A stretch of 64,000 nt of DNA from contig DASPSR010000042.1 of the NCBI GenBank assembly GCA_035623825.1, positions 36,883-100,882 of the forward strand, given 5' to 3'. Shown one piece after another: positions 48,074-58,847 of this stretch. Under the pieces are notes generated by a model. That model saw only the letters and a list, made by a program, of their open reading frames with translations, made no database searches and was not told the origin of the DNA. The position numbers and the translations under genes are program-made. This DNA comes from Nitrospirota bacterium (lineage in GTDB: Bacteria > Nitrospirota > UBA9217). How positions within the stretch are numbered: the first letter of the stretch is position 1; the number at the start of each line of letters is the position of its first letter.

Positions 48074-48901
48074 TTACTTTATCTTCATGCTGATATCCAC
48101 TGCAGGCGCAGAATGCGTCAAGCTTCCCACGGAGACAAAATCAACACCTGTCTCCACCATTGCCCGGATCGTCTCGAGTGTCACATTGCCCGATGCCTCC
48201 ACGAGAGCGCGTCCGGCGATCAACCTCACCGCCTCACGCATCATGTCGATCGGCATATTGTCGAGCATGATTATGTCAGCCTTAACCGCTAGCGCCTCGC
48301 GCACTTCTTCGAGATTCTTGGTCTCGATTTCAATCTTGAGAAGATGATGAGCTCTCTTTCTTGCGTTGTCTGCCGCCTTGGTGATACTGCCTGCGGCTCT
48401 GATATGGTTGTCCTTGATCAGCACCCCATCGTAAAGACCAAAGCGGTGATTCCTCCCGCCACCGACGCGTACTGCATATTTCTCAAGCTGCCGCAAGCCA
48501 GGGAGTGTCTTTCTCGTGTCGAGAACTTCTGCTTTCAATCCTTTTATCTTTTCAACAGCCTTGGCTGTCAGCGTTGCGATACCGGACATATGCTGGAGCA
48601 GATTCAATGCGACTCGCTCGCCCGCGAGGAGTGCTCGCGTGCTAGCGGCCACTTTTGCTATCTCTGTTCCTGCGCCTACTCTGTCGCCATCCCTGGCAAA
48701 GGGCTCAAACTTCATGTCGGGGTCAAGGTGGCGGAAAACCTCCCGGCTCACATCAAGCCCGGCCAGGACCAGCTCCTGCTTAGCTAGCAATACTGCCGTG
48801 GACCTTGACTCAGCGTGAATCGTTGCCTCTGTTGTCACATCCCCCGGGCCAAGATCTTCTTGTAGGGCACGCGCTATCAGATCTCTGATTGTGGATTCCA
48901 T
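48074..48901 (-). CDS. nadC: Nicotinate-nucleotide diphosphorylase (carboxylating)
   Basis: EDLGPGDVTT, ERVALN, DTRKTLPG, NHRFGL, IKDNH, IMLDN, EASGN. Confidence 0.97.
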   Translation of the reverse strand: MESTIRDLIARALQEDLGPGDVTTEATIHAESRSTAVLLAKQELVLAGLDVSREVFRHLDPDMKFEPFARDGDRVGAGTEIAKVAASTRALLAGERVALNLLQHMSGIATLTAKAVEKIKGLKAEVLDTRKTLPGLRQLEKYAVRVGGGRNHRFGLYDGVLIKDNHIRAAGSITKAADNARKRAHHLLKIEIETKNLEEVREALAVKADIIMLDNMPIDMMREAVRLIAGRALVEASGNVTLETIRAMVETGVDFVSVGSLTHSAPAVDISMKIK

Positions 48902-48935
48902 AGATCATTTCATTGTTATTTTCTGTTTGATTTCC

Positions 48936-51632
48936 CTATCCCAGAATCTTCAAGCTCTGCTCAAGCTTGTCGCGCTTTACCTTGAACTCCTCAAGCTTCA
49001 GCGTGTCTTTCTCGACGACCGCCTTCGGCGCCTTGTCCACGAAGTCCTTATTCGAAAGCTTTCGTGAGAACACATCGATATCTTTCGATATCTTCGCAAT
49101 CTCTTTCATGAGCCGATCCCGTTCAGCATTAATGTCGATTCCCTTTTCAGGCAAAACAAGTGACGCTACTGCCCAACTACTTGCACCTGTTGCTGAGCCA
49201 GGAGGGGCGGCCGCATCCATGGCGATGTGAATCTTGGACAGGCCCGCTAATGATGTGATATATGTCTGAGTCTCTTCAAGAATTTTCCGAGCTTCTTCGT
49301 TTTGGGGCCTGATGACTGCTTCAGGACGTGCTGAAGGAGGGATATTCATTTCCCCGCGTATGTTCCGAATAACGAGAGTGGTGTCCATTGACGGCTGCAT
49401 GTACCGTTCGCTTTCGATGTCGATCAGCGTATCATCTGCCTTGGGAAAAGGCGATACCATAATCGACCTCGCCGTACCTCTCGTTCCGGCCGGAAGTTTC
49501 TGCCAAATCTCCTCTGTAATAAAGGGCATGGTAGGATGCAAGAGTCGCAGGATTGTTTCAAGAGTTACGAAAAGTGCGGTCTGGGACGCTTTTCGTACGG
49601 AATGGTTCTCATCCTTGAGAGATCCCTTCGACAGCTCCACATACCAGTCACAGTACTCATGCCATATAAACTGATAGAGGGAGGATGCTACATCATTAAA
49701 GCGATATTCCGTCAAGGCAGAGCTTACTTCTTTAATTACAGCCTGAAGACGTGAAAGAATCCATTTGTCGGCCGGCGTAGAATATTCATTCACAAGATCA
49801 GCGTTTGGCTTGAAGTTGTCCTCGATGTTCATCAGGGCGAACCGGCTCGCGTTCCAGATTTTGTTCGCAAAATTTCGGTATCCTTCTATGCGCTCCGCGG
49901 ACATCTTGATGTCCCTCCCCTGGGCAGCAAAAGCAGCGAGCGTGAATCGGAAGGCATCGGTTCCGTACTGGTCGATCATCACGATGGGGTCGATGACGTT
50001 GCCCCTGGATTTGCTCATTTTCTGGCCTTCGACATCTCGCACAAGCGCATGGATATAGACGTATCGGAAGGGAACCTCGTCCATGAAATGCAGTCCCATC
50101 ATGATCATCCGGGCAACCCAGAAGAATATGATGTCGAAGCTCGTGACGAGCGCCGATGTAGGATAGTAGAATGCCAGATCTCTGGTCCTCTCCGGCCAAC
50201 CCAGCGTTGAGAACGGCCAGAGTGCCGACGAGAACCAGGTGTCAAGCACGTCCGTTTCCTGCCTGATATTTTTGCTCGCGCATTGTGCACAGGCAGTCCT
50301 GTCCGTGCGGCTCACGGTAATCGTTCCGCAGTCATCGCAGTACCATGCAGGGATGCGATGACCCCACCATATCTGGCGCGAAATACACCAGTCCTTGATG
50401 TTCCGCATCCAGTCGAAGTATGTGTTTTCCCATCCTTTTGGGACGAATTGCACCCTGCCGCTCTCGACTGCCTTTATCGCGGGCCCGGCGAGTGGCGCTG
50501 TCTTCACAAACCACTGAGGCGAGAGGTAGGGCTCGACCACTGACTTGCACCGGTAGCACTTGCCGATTGAGTGGGCGTGGTTCTCGGTCTTCATGAGATA
50601 GCCACGCTCCTGGAGCAGTTCGACCACCATTCCGCGTGCCTTCTTTGCTGGTTTGCCAGCTATTTGCTTGAGCACGTCTGGGAGCACATCAGGAATATCT
50701 GGACGGATCTCGGCTTTATCGTCGAGCATCTTGATGCGCGCAAGGTTCGGTATCTGACGCTGGCCCGCTTCGTAATCGTTGAAGTCGTGCGCCGGCGTAA
50801 CCTTGACGGCGCCGGTCCCAAATTCGAGATCCACGAGGATCGAATCGCCGACGATCGGGATCTTCCTGTTGGTTAGCGGAAGATCAACGGTCTTCCCGAC
50901 AAGGTCTTTATACCGCGGATCAAGCGGATGCACGGCAACGGCCGTGTCGCCGAGCATGGTTTCTGGCCGCGTCGTGGCAACGGTAAGCCGGATATTATGG
51001 TCCTGAGAGAGCGGATAGGAGATGTAGTAGAGCTTGCCCTTCTCCTCCTCATGCTCCACCTCGATATCCGACAGTGCCGTGTGGCAGCGAGGGCACCAGT
51101 TAATCAAGCGTTCTCCACGGTAGATGAGCCCTTCCTCGTAAAGGGTGACAAAAACCTCGCGAACGGCGCGCGATAGCCCATCGTCCATGGTGAAGCGCTC
51201 CCTCTGCCAGTCGCAGGAGGCGCCGAGTCGCTTGAGTTGGCCAATGATCCTACCGCCGTATTCCTTCTTCCACTCCCAGACCTTCTCAATGAACTTTTCT
51301 CTTCCGAGATCGTAGCGGTTGATGTGTTCCTTGGCAAGCTGGCGCTCGACCACGTTCTGCGTGGCGATGCCTGCATGGTCCGTGCCCGGGATCCAAAGGG
51401 TATTGCGGCGGGACATGCGCATCCAGCGAACAAGGATATCCTGGAGCGTGGAGTTCAGTGCGTGGCCGATATGGAGCGACCCGGTCACATTCGGTGGTGG
51501 GATCACGATCGAAAACGGCTCATTGTCGGCATCCACGTCGGCATGAAAATATCCCTTCTCGAGCCAGAAAGCGTACCATTTCTCTTCTACCGATTTCGGT
51601 TCATAAGCCTTTTGCAATTCTATTCCTGACAT
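48936..51632 (-). CDS. valS: Valine--tRNA ligase
   Basis: PPPNVTGSLHIGHA, DWCISRQIWWGH, KMSKS, C-terminal coiled coil. Confidence 0.98.
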   Translation of the reverse strand: MSGIELQKAYEPKSVEEKWYAFWLEKGYFHADVDADNEPFSIVIPPPNVTGSLHIGHALNSTLQDILVRWMRMSRRNTLWIPGTDHAGIATQNVVERQLAKEHINRYDLGREKFIEKVWEWKKEYGGRIIGQLKRLGASCDWQRERFTMDDGLSRAVREVFVTLYEEGLIYRGERLINWCPRCHTALSDIEVEHEEEKGKLYYISYPLSQDHNIRLTVATTRPETMLGDTAVAVHPLDPRYKDLVGKTVDLPLTNRKIPIVGDSILVDLEFGTGAVKVTPAHDFNDYEAGQRQIPNLARIKMLDDKAEIRPDIPDVLPDVLKQIAGKPAKKARGMVVELLQERGYLMKTENHAHSIGKCYRCKSVVEPYLSPQWFVKTAPLAGPAIKAVESGRVQFVPKGWENTYFDWMRNIKDWCISRQIWWGHRIPAWYCDDCGTITVSRTDRTACAQCASKNIRQETDVLDTWFSSALWPFSTLGWPERTRDLAFYYPTSALVTSFDIIFFWVARMIMMGLHFMDEVPFRYVYIHALVRDVEGQKMSKSRGNVIDPIVMIDQYGTDAFRFTLAAFAAQGRDIKMSAERIEGYRNFANKIWNASRFALMNIEDNFKPNADLVNEYSTPADKWILSRLQAVIKEVSSALTEYRFNDVASSLYQFIWHEYCDWYVELSKGSLKDENHSVRKASQTALFVTLETILRLLHPTMPFITEEIWQKLPAGTRGTARSIMVSPFPKADDTLIDIESERYMQPSMDTTLVIRNIRGEMNIPPSARPEAVIRPQNEEARKILEETQTYITSLAGLSKIHIAMDAAAPPGSATGASSWAVASLVLPEKGIDINAERDRLMKEIAKISKDIDVFSRKLSNKDFVDKAPKAVVEKDTLKLEEFKVKRDKLEQSLKILG

Positions 51633-51665
51633 GAGGTACGCTCTCCTGAGCCTGCGCCGCTATCC

Positions 51666-51693
51666 AAATAAAAGAGGGGAGCAAGTCCCCTTT
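51666..51693 (-). terminator. Terminator-like hairpin between the RomR-like gene and valS
   Basis: AGGGGA-CTTGC-TCCCCT followed by CTTTTATTT on the minus strand. Confidence 0.55.
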
Positions 51694-51832
51694 ATCGAAA
51701 TTTCATATATCAAGTTACAGATCCCAAACATTTACAAATTCCAAACACCAAATCCTAGAGGATCCGATATTTGATGCACTGCATTCAGGCTTATCTGTGG
51801 TTACGTGCCTGGATCTTGGTATTTATTTCCCG

Positions 51833-53101
51833 TTATGTTTCCGCCTTCAAACGCTCGATCTCCTCTTTTATCAGTTGCTCCGCCAGCTCCGGGATAATTT
51901 CCCAAGCCACTTTCTCGATCACTTCTCTCGCCACATCTCTGGCGATCTTGGAGACTGCCTCTTCGATCCCTCTTCTCACCGTCTCCTCGGACACCTTCGG
52001 TGCTTGAGGGGGGGGCAGCATTTCGAAAGCCTCTTTTGCCAGCTCCGCGATAGCCGCTTCCGCCATGCTGCGAAGCTCGCTCTCCGGAATCGTCGGCACT
52101 TGCACCGGCGGAAGTTTTGCGAAAACCTCTTTCGCCATCCGTGTGATGGCATCTTCGGCCATCCTGCGGACAGTCTCCTCGGATATCTGCGGCATCGGTG
52201 TCGACGGCGTAACGACCTCCGGTTCCTTGCGAGGAGCAGCAGCCGGGCGCATTCTCGGCCAAGGCGGTTCAGGTTCAGATTGAGCAGGCTTCGATGGAGG
52301 CGCAAACTCCTCGAAGGTTTTCATCGTTGTATCGAGTGGTTCAGGGGTGGCGGTAGCGGGCTGAGGTTCTCCCGTCGTGTCGGCCAGGCCCAGACCGGCC
52401 CGCATCTCTTCCATTGCCTTATCGCCAGTAGGCAGGGCTTGCTCAAGCTGGCCGCCAAGCGGCTCCTCCACTTCGACAACGGGCTCGACCTCGAATACAC
52501 CCTCCTCCTCGGCTGGAGGTGGCTTTGTCGCGCGCTTTAGTTCTGTTTGTGATGGAGCTTCCTGTATAATGTCGAAGATATCCTCGGGCGGCAGAGCCTG
52601 TTTGGGCTTGGGCTCTACTCTCGCTGCAGGCGGAACCGCCGGTGAAGCGGGTCGGGCGGGTGCCTGGGGCGGTTTTGGCGGCGCTGAAGCTGCTATGGGC
52701 TTCGCAGCTGTGGGAGCAGGCTCGGTGAATCGTGCGGCGGTAAGCGCCTTTTTTACCTTACCGATAAGCTCCTGTGATTCAAAGGGCTTTGCGATATGGT
52801 CGATAATCCCGGACTCGCGGCCTTTGGCATCGTTGTATACATCGTCCCTGCTCATCATGAGGATCACCGGCGTCTGTGCGAGCACAGGGGCCTGCTTGAT
52901 GCGGGCGGCGAAACTATAACCGTCAATGCGTGGCAAATCGACATCCGCGAGCACAACGTCAGGTACAACTCGCGAAGCCTCGGAGAGCGCTGTCTCACCG
53001 TCGCTCGCGCATACGACTTCGTATTCTCTGCCCGAAAACAGCATCTCCACAACCTTCTGGATGGTGATGCTCTTGTCTGCTAATAGAAGCTTAACCGGCA
53101 T
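51833..53101 (-). CDS. romR: RomR-like polarity response regulator (REC, Pro-rich linker, conserved C-terminal helix)
   Basis: LLLADKSITIQKVV REC; long Pro/Ala/Glu linker; C-terminal EVIEKVAWEIIPELAEQLIKEEIERL as in Myxococcus RomR (recalled). Confidence 0.8.
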   Translation of the reverse strand: MPVKLLLADKSITIQKVVEMLFSGREYEVVCASDGETALSEASRVVPDVVLADVDLPRIDGYSFAARIKQAPVLAQTPVILMMSRDDVYNDAKGRESGIIDHIAKPFESQELIGKVKKALTAARFTEPAPTAAKPIAASAPPKPPQAPARPASPAVPPAARVEPKPKQALPPEDIFDIIQEAPSQTELKRATKPPPAEEEGVFEVEPVVEVEEPLGGQLEQALPTGDKAMEEMRAGLGLADTTGEPQPATATPEPLDTTMKTFEEFAPPSKPAQSEPEPPWPRMRPAAAPRKEPEVVTPSTPMPQISEETVRRMAEDAITRMAKEVFAKLPPVQVPTIPESELRSMAEAAIAELAKEAFEMLPPPQAPKVSEETVRRGIEEAVSKIARDVAREVIEKVAWEIIPELAEQLIKEEIERLKAET

Positions 53102-53286
53102 GGAACAACCTCTCAAAATCGGAAATCATGACTTCCCTATCCTTGTCGTAGAATGGTCCCCCCACAATCTTCGCTCAACACCCGCCTCCCGCCTGAATTC
53201 AGCTGCTAAGATTACGGAATGGCATAGCTCTCGCCTCTCTGAGATAATATCAGAAAATGGGTACATCAGTCCATATTATCGAGTGA

Positions 53287-55929
53287 TCACATCCGCCGCG
53301 CGAGAGCGTCCCCGCTTAGAAGCTTTTTAAGCGCCCCAAGCATTTCCTGTTCCTCGAACGGCTTTACGAGGTAATCCTGCGCTCCCATCTCGATCGCCTT
53401 CTGCCGGTGCTTCTCCCCCGCCCTCGACGTGAGCACAATCACAGGGGTATTTATGAGCGCCGGGTTTCGCTTCATCTCGGCAATCAGGTCATATCCATGC
53501 ATAACCGGCATTTCGAGGTCAGTGACAACCGCATCAAACCTCGTCTTGCCCAGGATGTTGAGCGCCTCCATGCCATCCGAAGCCACTTCAACCTCATAGC
53601 CCGTGCGGTCAAGAAACCGCTGCACATACTTCCTGATGCTGATCGAGTCGTCGACTACCAAGACCTTTGGCTTCCTCCTTGCCGCTTCGGGAACCGCCGT
53701 TTCCTTCATTTCCCTCGAAGATATAAAGCTTGCCTTGGTCATCACGACATCTTCACCAAAAAGCGATGAGACATTGAGAATGAGGCGGACGTTGCCCTCA
53801 CCCGATATCGTGGCACCAGAAAACAATTTAACTCCCTTTAGATAATCGCCGAGCGATTTTACAACGATCTCTTCACGCCCGACGATATCCTCCACCATGA
53901 GCGCGAGACGTTTTTCCGACATGCCGAGTATGAGGGTCGGATGGCGGTAGGCCTCCTCTTTTTTGGGGAACTTCCCCATGCCCAAGATATCGTTCAATCT
54001 GAGGAGTTTGATGAACGTACCGCGCAGGTTTACCGTCTCATCACCGGCAGTCCGCTGGATTTCCTTAAATGAATATCGCGTCGTCTCCTCCACAAGGTTC
54101 ATGGGAACTGCCATCTCTTGGTCCTTGATCTTCACGATCAGTGCCTGTGCGATAGCGAGCGTGAGGGGGAGCCTGATGACAAACCGGGTGCCGACGCTTT
54201 TTTCGGTCTTGATCTCGATCCTGCCGTTTATCTTTGCCAGGTGGTCAGAGACCACGTCCATGCCCACCCCTCTGCCGGAGATCCTGCCCACGGTCTGCGA
54301 CGTGGAGAACCCGGGACGGAAAATCAAATTGATCGCTTCAAGATCAGTAAGACTCTGGGCCTCGTCAAAGCTCATGAATCCCTTGTCCACCGCGGTCTTC
54401 TTGAGGATCGCAGGGTCCATGCCGCGACCATCGTCCTCAATCTCGAGAATGATGCTGTTTCCCTCGTGGCGGGCCTTAAGGATGAGTGCTCCTGTCGGAT
54501 CTTTCCCGAGGCTGCGTCGCTCCTCCACAGTCTCGATACCATGGGAAACGGCGTTCCTGATCATGTGCATGAGCGGGTCGGAGATGATCTCGAAAATCGT
54601 CTTATCGATCTTAGTCTCGCCACCCGACAAGACCATGTTCACCTCCTTGTTTTCCTCCTGGGCAAGGTCGCGGACAAGACGACGGAACATCTGGTAAAGC
54701 CTGTCCATTTCTACCATGCGGGCCATGGTAATCTCGTCCTGGAGGTTCGTGGTGATCGAGGATATCTTGGCTGTGTCGAGTTCGAACGAGTCAAAGAAGC
54801 CTTCTAGCTCGGTCATGATTTCATTCGTGTCATTCGTGATCTCGGTAAGTTTGCGTGACAGGAGGTTGAAATCGTCATACCGGTCGAACTCGAGCTCAAA
54901 AAAATCGGTGGCCCGCGTCGCGACCTGCGGATTTGACACGCTGTAATTCAGAGTATACTCGTACTTTTCCTCGAATTTCTTGATCTCGTGGAGGAGTCGG
55001 CTCTGACTGAAAGCGAGCTCTTCCCGAAGCGTTTTGATGAACTCCACCTGGCGGACAAGGCGGTTTCTGTTGACGACCATCTCCCCAACCAAGTTCATGA
55101 GGTTGTCGAGCCGCTCTATATTGACGCGGATGAATTGTTTCTCCAGCTCGGGCGCGTCCATGGCCCGTCGGCCCACGCCGCGCTTCTCCAAAACCCCCGC
55201 TTTTTTTGACTCTTCTATCTCCTGCTTGAGCGAGCTTTCAGCCGTCGGCGCTGCCTCCGGCGCCGCCTGCTCTTGCGACGCTCGCACGGCGTCTGGGGCC
55301 GCGGGTGACGCTGCATCAGGCGTCGAGGGTTGTTCTCCAGGTTGCGGTTCTTCCTTCAGCGGCTCTACGTCGAGAATCTCTTCCTCCGTACCGAATGTTC
55401 TTGCCCATGCCATATCGATGTAATCATTCTTTTTCGCCGTGATCGGGGTGGCGGGCTTAGCGGGTTTCGCCACTTGCGATGCAGGTGGAACCTTTGAGGG
55501 GGGCGGAAGGGGTGACTCCTCGGAAGTGGAGCGCGCTTTTTCTATGACATCTTTGTACGCTTGGACAATGCTCTCGATCACAAGCGGGTCTTCGGGCTTC
55601 TTTGCCGCCACTCCGTCGACCATGAGCTTGATGGCATCGACGCTGTCAAACAGAAAATTCATCGTCTCTTTCCGGATAGGAATAGAGCCGGAACGAAACT
55701 GGCCGAGCATGTCCTCGGCCTTGTGCGCCACATCGCTGATCCCCTGGAAGCCCATCATGGCGGCGGAGCCCTTTAGCGTGTGCGCCGCGCGAAACAGTTC
55801 ATCTATCATGGAGCCGTCGGTGGGGTCCTTCTCGAGGGACAGAAGTCCCTTATTGAGGTTCTGGATGTGCTCGCCAGCCTCTACGAGGAAAAATTCAATG
55901 ATGCTTGATTTATCAAACAGCGCACCCAT
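53287..55929 (-). CDS. Hybrid CheA-REC kinase (ChpA/PilL/FrzE-like)
   Basis: Hpt LFRAAHTLKG; PLMHMIRNAVSHG; ISGRGVGMDVV; CheW domain; C-terminal REC VLVVDDS..VTDLEMP..VKP. Confidence 0.95.
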   Translation of the reverse strand: MGALFDKSSIIEFFLVEAGEHIQNLNKGLLSLEKDPTDGSMIDELFRAAHTLKGSAAMMGFQGISDVAHKAEDMLGQFRSGSIPIRKETMNFLFDSVDAIKLMVDGVAAKKPEDPLVIESIVQAYKDVIEKARSTSEESPLPPPSKVPPASQVAKPAKPATPITAKKNDYIDMAWARTFGTEEEILDVEPLKEEPQPGEQPSTPDAASPAAPDAVRASQEQAAPEAAPTAESSLKQEIEESKKAGVLEKRGVGRRAMDAPELEKQFIRVNIERLDNLMNLVGEMVVNRNRLVRQVEFIKTLREELAFSQSRLLHEIKKFEEKYEYTLNYSVSNPQVATRATDFFELEFDRYDDFNLLSRKLTEITNDTNEIMTELEGFFDSFELDTAKISSITTNLQDEITMARMVEMDRLYQMFRRLVRDLAQEENKEVNMVLSGGETKIDKTIFEIISDPLMHMIRNAVSHGIETVEERRSLGKDPTGALILKARHEGNSIILEIEDDGRGMDPAILKKTAVDKGFMSFDEAQSLTDLEAINLIFRPGFSTSQTVGRISGRGVGMDVVSDHLAKINGRIEIKTEKSVGTRFVIRLPLTLAIAQALIVKIKDQEMAVPMNLVEETTRYSFKEIQRTAGDETVNLRGTFIKLLRLNDILGMGKFPKKEEAYRHPTLILGMSEKRLALMVEDIVGREEIVVKSLGDYLKGVKLFSGATISGEGNVRLILNVSSLFGEDVVMTKASFISSREMKETAVPEAARRKPKVLVVDDSISIRKYVQRFLDRTGYEVEVASDGMEALNILGKTRFDAVVTDLEMPVMHGYDLIAEMKRNPALINTPVIVLTSRAGEKHRQKAIEMGAQDYLVKPFEEQEMLGALKKLLSGDALARRM

Positions 55930-55934
55930 GTGTT

Positions 55935-57797
55935 TTATTCGATGAAACCGAGCTTAATCTCCTCGTCACTTATAGTCACCTGATCTGCGACAGGCGTAAA
56001 GTTTTCAAGGACGGGTAGTTCCGTCTCCTCCGGCTGGGGAGCAATCTCTCTGCCGAGTTTGAATCTGCCGATAGCGTCCGTCAGCCGTTTGGACAGCTCT
56101 GCCAGCTTGCCGATCGTGGTCACGGTATCCTGGACACCGTGCGTGGTCTCCTGGGTCTGCTTCAGGATGCTGTCCATGGAACCCACCACGCTCGCCGTCA
56201 CTTTCACTTGGTCGCCTGCGACCCTCGTAATGTCCCTCACATGGCCAGCGGTCTGCTCCACTATTTGTTCGATCTCGCGGAGCGCCGCGCCTGCCTGGTC
56301 TGCCAGCTTAGTCCCCTCTTCCACCTCACGGGTACCCTCCTCCATAACGGTCACGGCCTCGCTTGTCTCAACCTGGATACCTTTGATGAGGCCGGTAATG
56401 TCCTTCGTCGCCCGTGCGGCTCGCTCGGAGAGCTTCCGTACTTCATCGGCCACCACGGCGAAACCCTTGCCCTGCTCGCCTGCGCGGGCAGCCTCAATTG
56501 CAGCGTTAAGGGCAAGGAGGTTCGTCTGGGTTGCTATTTCATTAATCACTTCGATGATAGCGCCGATCTCGAGGGAGCGTTCGCCGAGGCCTTTGATCTT
56601 TTTCCCGGTTGACTGCACTGTAGCCCGGATTCGCTGCATACCTTTTATGGTTTCCGTCACAGAGGAGCCGCCCTTGACCGCTGCCTGCGTCGCCTTGAGC
56701 GAGGTCTGCGTGGCTGCTTCAGCGTTCTCGGACACTCTCCGTGTCGTTTGGGACATGGTGTTCACGGCTTCCGATGCGGTTCGAATCTGTGCCGCCTGAA
56801 CCTCAGCGCCCCGGCGCATACGCTCTGAGGAGTGAAGGATTTCCGATGTCGATCGCTGAATCTCACTCGCCACGTTGCTTGCCTGGGTCACGAGGGTTGT
56901 AAGTCCTGTGATCATGAGATTGAATGCATCGGCCACGGAACCCAGGGCGTCGGCGGTCACCTCGGCTTTTACGGTGAGGTCTCCTTCCGCGGCCGTGCTT
57001 ACGACCGAGAGCAGGTCCATCACCTGGTGCTGCATCTTGTCCCGGTCTGACTCGGTCTGGATCAGGCCCTGGAGCCGGTCAATCGTACGGTTGAGTGTCT
57101 CACCCAGTTGGCCAAGCTCATCACCGGTAGTTACTCTCGCCTTCTTTGAAAGATCGCCTCGACCCAGGGCTTCTGCGACCCGCATGAGGTCCCGTACCGG
57201 AGCAATGGTGACGGCGGATAGAACAAGGGTGACGGCGGATAGAATGCCAAGTGAGACGATGCCCACGGCCATGATGAACATGAGGAGGCTTTTGATATTG
57301 TCCCTGATCTTGGTCATGTTCAGTCCCACATGTACTGAACCAAGGGTGCCGCCGGCGACGGGTGACGCGATGTCGATGACCTCGGTGACGCTGCCTTTGA
57401 GTGTCACGACGGCAGACGCTTCCCGCGGCGTCCCGGGCTGCAAGGTATTGATGTTCAGGAGGACGGGAGGAACCTGATTCCCTTCGAAGGAGGATGAGAT
57501 CACACGGCCTCTGCCATCCTTGATGAAGCAGTACGCAACGTCGGACTGACCGATGGCCTCGCCCTGAATGACCTGGAGCGCGTTGAGATCTTCGACCTGC
57601 ACCGGTTCAGCAGCTTTGACGCTCAATCCATCGGCCAGGATACGAGTTTTGTTTATTGCCTCGTCGCGGAGAGTGCTCTGGATCTGAACATAGACAAACG
57701 CGAGGATGCCTGATCCGAAGATCGCCGACATACTTATAATCATGAGCACGATCTTGGTTCTGATGCTCAATCGATAAAAAGGATTTCTGATCTTCAT
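55935..57797 (-). CDS. Methyl-accepting chemotaxis protein, PilJ-like
   Basis: 2 TM, two HAMPs ([24 protein letters not shown]), [31 protein letters not shown]. Confidence 0.94.
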   Translation of the reverse strand: MKIRNPFYRLSIRTKIVLMIISMSAIFGSGILAFVYVQIQSTLRDEAINKTRILADGLSVKAAEPVQVEDLNALQVIQGEAIGQSDVAYCFIKDGRGRVISSSFEGNQVPPVLLNINTLQPGTPREASAVVTLKGSVTEVIDIASPVAGGTLGSVHVGLNMTKIRDNIKSLLMFIMAVGIVSLGILSAVTLVLSAVTIAPVRDLMRVAEALGRGDLSKKARVTTGDELGQLGETLNRTIDRLQGLIQTESDRDKMQHQVMDLLSVVSTAAEGDLTVKAEVTADALGSVADAFNLMITGLTTLVTQASNVASEIQRSTSEILHSSERMRRGAEVQAAQIRTASEAVNTMSQTTRRVSENAEAATQTSLKATQAAVKGGSSVTETIKGMQRIRATVQSTGKKIKGLGERSLEIGAIIEVINEIATQTNLLALNAAIEAARAGEQGKGFAVVADEVRKLSERAARATKDITGLIKGIQVETSEAVTVMEEGTREVEEGTKLADQAGAALREIEQIVEQTAGHVRDITRVAGDQVKVTASVVGSMDSILKQTQETTHGVQDTVTTIGKLAELSKRLTDAIGRFKLGREIAPQPEETELPVLENFTPVADQVTISDEEIKLGFIE

Positions 57798-57868
57798 AAA
57801 TGCTCCTTAGCTCTATGCCGTAGAACAGTCATTGGCGCGGAGGCATCCGTCGCCCCGGTTCAATCGAA

Positions 57869-58369
57869 TCACGGCAATTTGATCTCCTCAACAATCTGCA
57901 TGATGTCGAGGAGTGTCGCAACGCCTGCCTTCCATTGTATGGAACCTTTCAAAAAACGGCTATGGCTTCCACCGTCCTGGGATTCCGCATCGGAAGGAAG
58001 CGCAAGGATGCTGCTCTCGGGCACGCCGACCACTTCATAAACGTTATCGACGACAATGCCGAGGTTGAGGGAGCCGTGTTTCATGATTGCGATTTGGCCC
58101 GGTGTTCCCTGAGCTGGCAGCGCCAGCGCTGGTCGTATGTCGACGATCGGAACGATGTTGCCTCGCAGGTTGATGATTCCGAGAATGTGAGGCGGTGTGG
58201 TCGGAACAGGGAAAATTTTCTGGAGAAGGATGATCTCGGTCAGCATTTCGACCGGAATGGCATAGAGGTCCTCGCCGATACGGAAGAGGCATATTCGTAT
58301 TTCCTCCTCCGGTATCAAATCCAGCACATCGGCATTGGCATCATTATCAAGTTCAGCCAAAACGGGCAC
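57869..58369 (-). CDS. cheW: CheW (PilI-like)
   Basis: ILGIINLRGNIVPIVDI, GIVVDNVYEV. Confidence 0.93.
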   Translation of the reverse strand: MPVLAELDNDANADVLDLIPEEEIRICLFRIGEDLYAIPVEMLTEIILLQKIFPVPTTPPHILGIINLRGNIVPIVDIRPALALPAQGTPGQIAIMKHGSLNLGIVVDNVYEVVGVPESSILALPSDAESQDGGSHSRFLKGSIQWKAGVATLLDIMQIVEEIKLP

Positions 58370-58380
58370 ACCTCCAGGGA

Positions 58381-58740
58381 TCAGATGTACTTTTTAACGA
58401 CCTTCAGCAGGTCTTCGGGTTTGAACGGCTTGATTAAATATTCATCGGCGCCCTGCTTCATTCCCCAGAATTTGTCACTCTCCTGGTCTTTTGACGTAAC
58501 AATGATAATCGGAATGTTCTTGAACTGGTCATTGCTTTTTATGTCCCTGCAGACCTGAAAACCATTTTTTTTAGGCATGATAACATCCAAGATAATCAGG
58601 TCGATCTTTTCGGACTTTACCTTATCTTCCGCTGCTTCACCATCCATTACGGTTACAAGCGTATGGCCAGTTGACTGAAGAGTCGCCTGAAATAACTGGA
58701 GCTCTGCCAGACTGTCGTCTGCTATGAGTATCTTGGCCAT
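58381..58740 (-). CDS. PilH-like single-domain response regulator
   Basis: LDVIMPKKNGFQVCR, TSKDQESDKFWGMKQGADEYLIKPF; AGGAGA RBS before ATG 58740. Confidence 0.9.
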   Translation of the reverse strand: MAKILIADDSLAELQLFQATLQSTGHTLVTVMDGEAAEDKVKSEKIDLIILDVIMPKKNGFQVCRDIKSNDQFKNIPIIIVTSKDQESDKFWGMKQGADEYLIKPFKPEDLLKVVKKYI

Positions 58741-58847
58741 TTTTTTCTCCTCTTTACAGTGCAAAGGATACACAAAAAATTAACATATTTCTTTTGTACT
58801 GTCAAGTTTTCCTTTTATTTCGTTACAGTTACAGGCCCAGCTGCATC

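Noticed and set aside
51720-51760. Short CCAAA-type quasi-repeats (similar heptamer runs near 46930-46965 and 47955-47980)
   Set aside because: Degenerate low-complexity intergenic runs with no repeat-spacer structure; not CRISPR.
51633-51832. T-box leader for valS
   Set aside because: A terminator-like hairpin exists but there is no T-box sequence or specifier stem.
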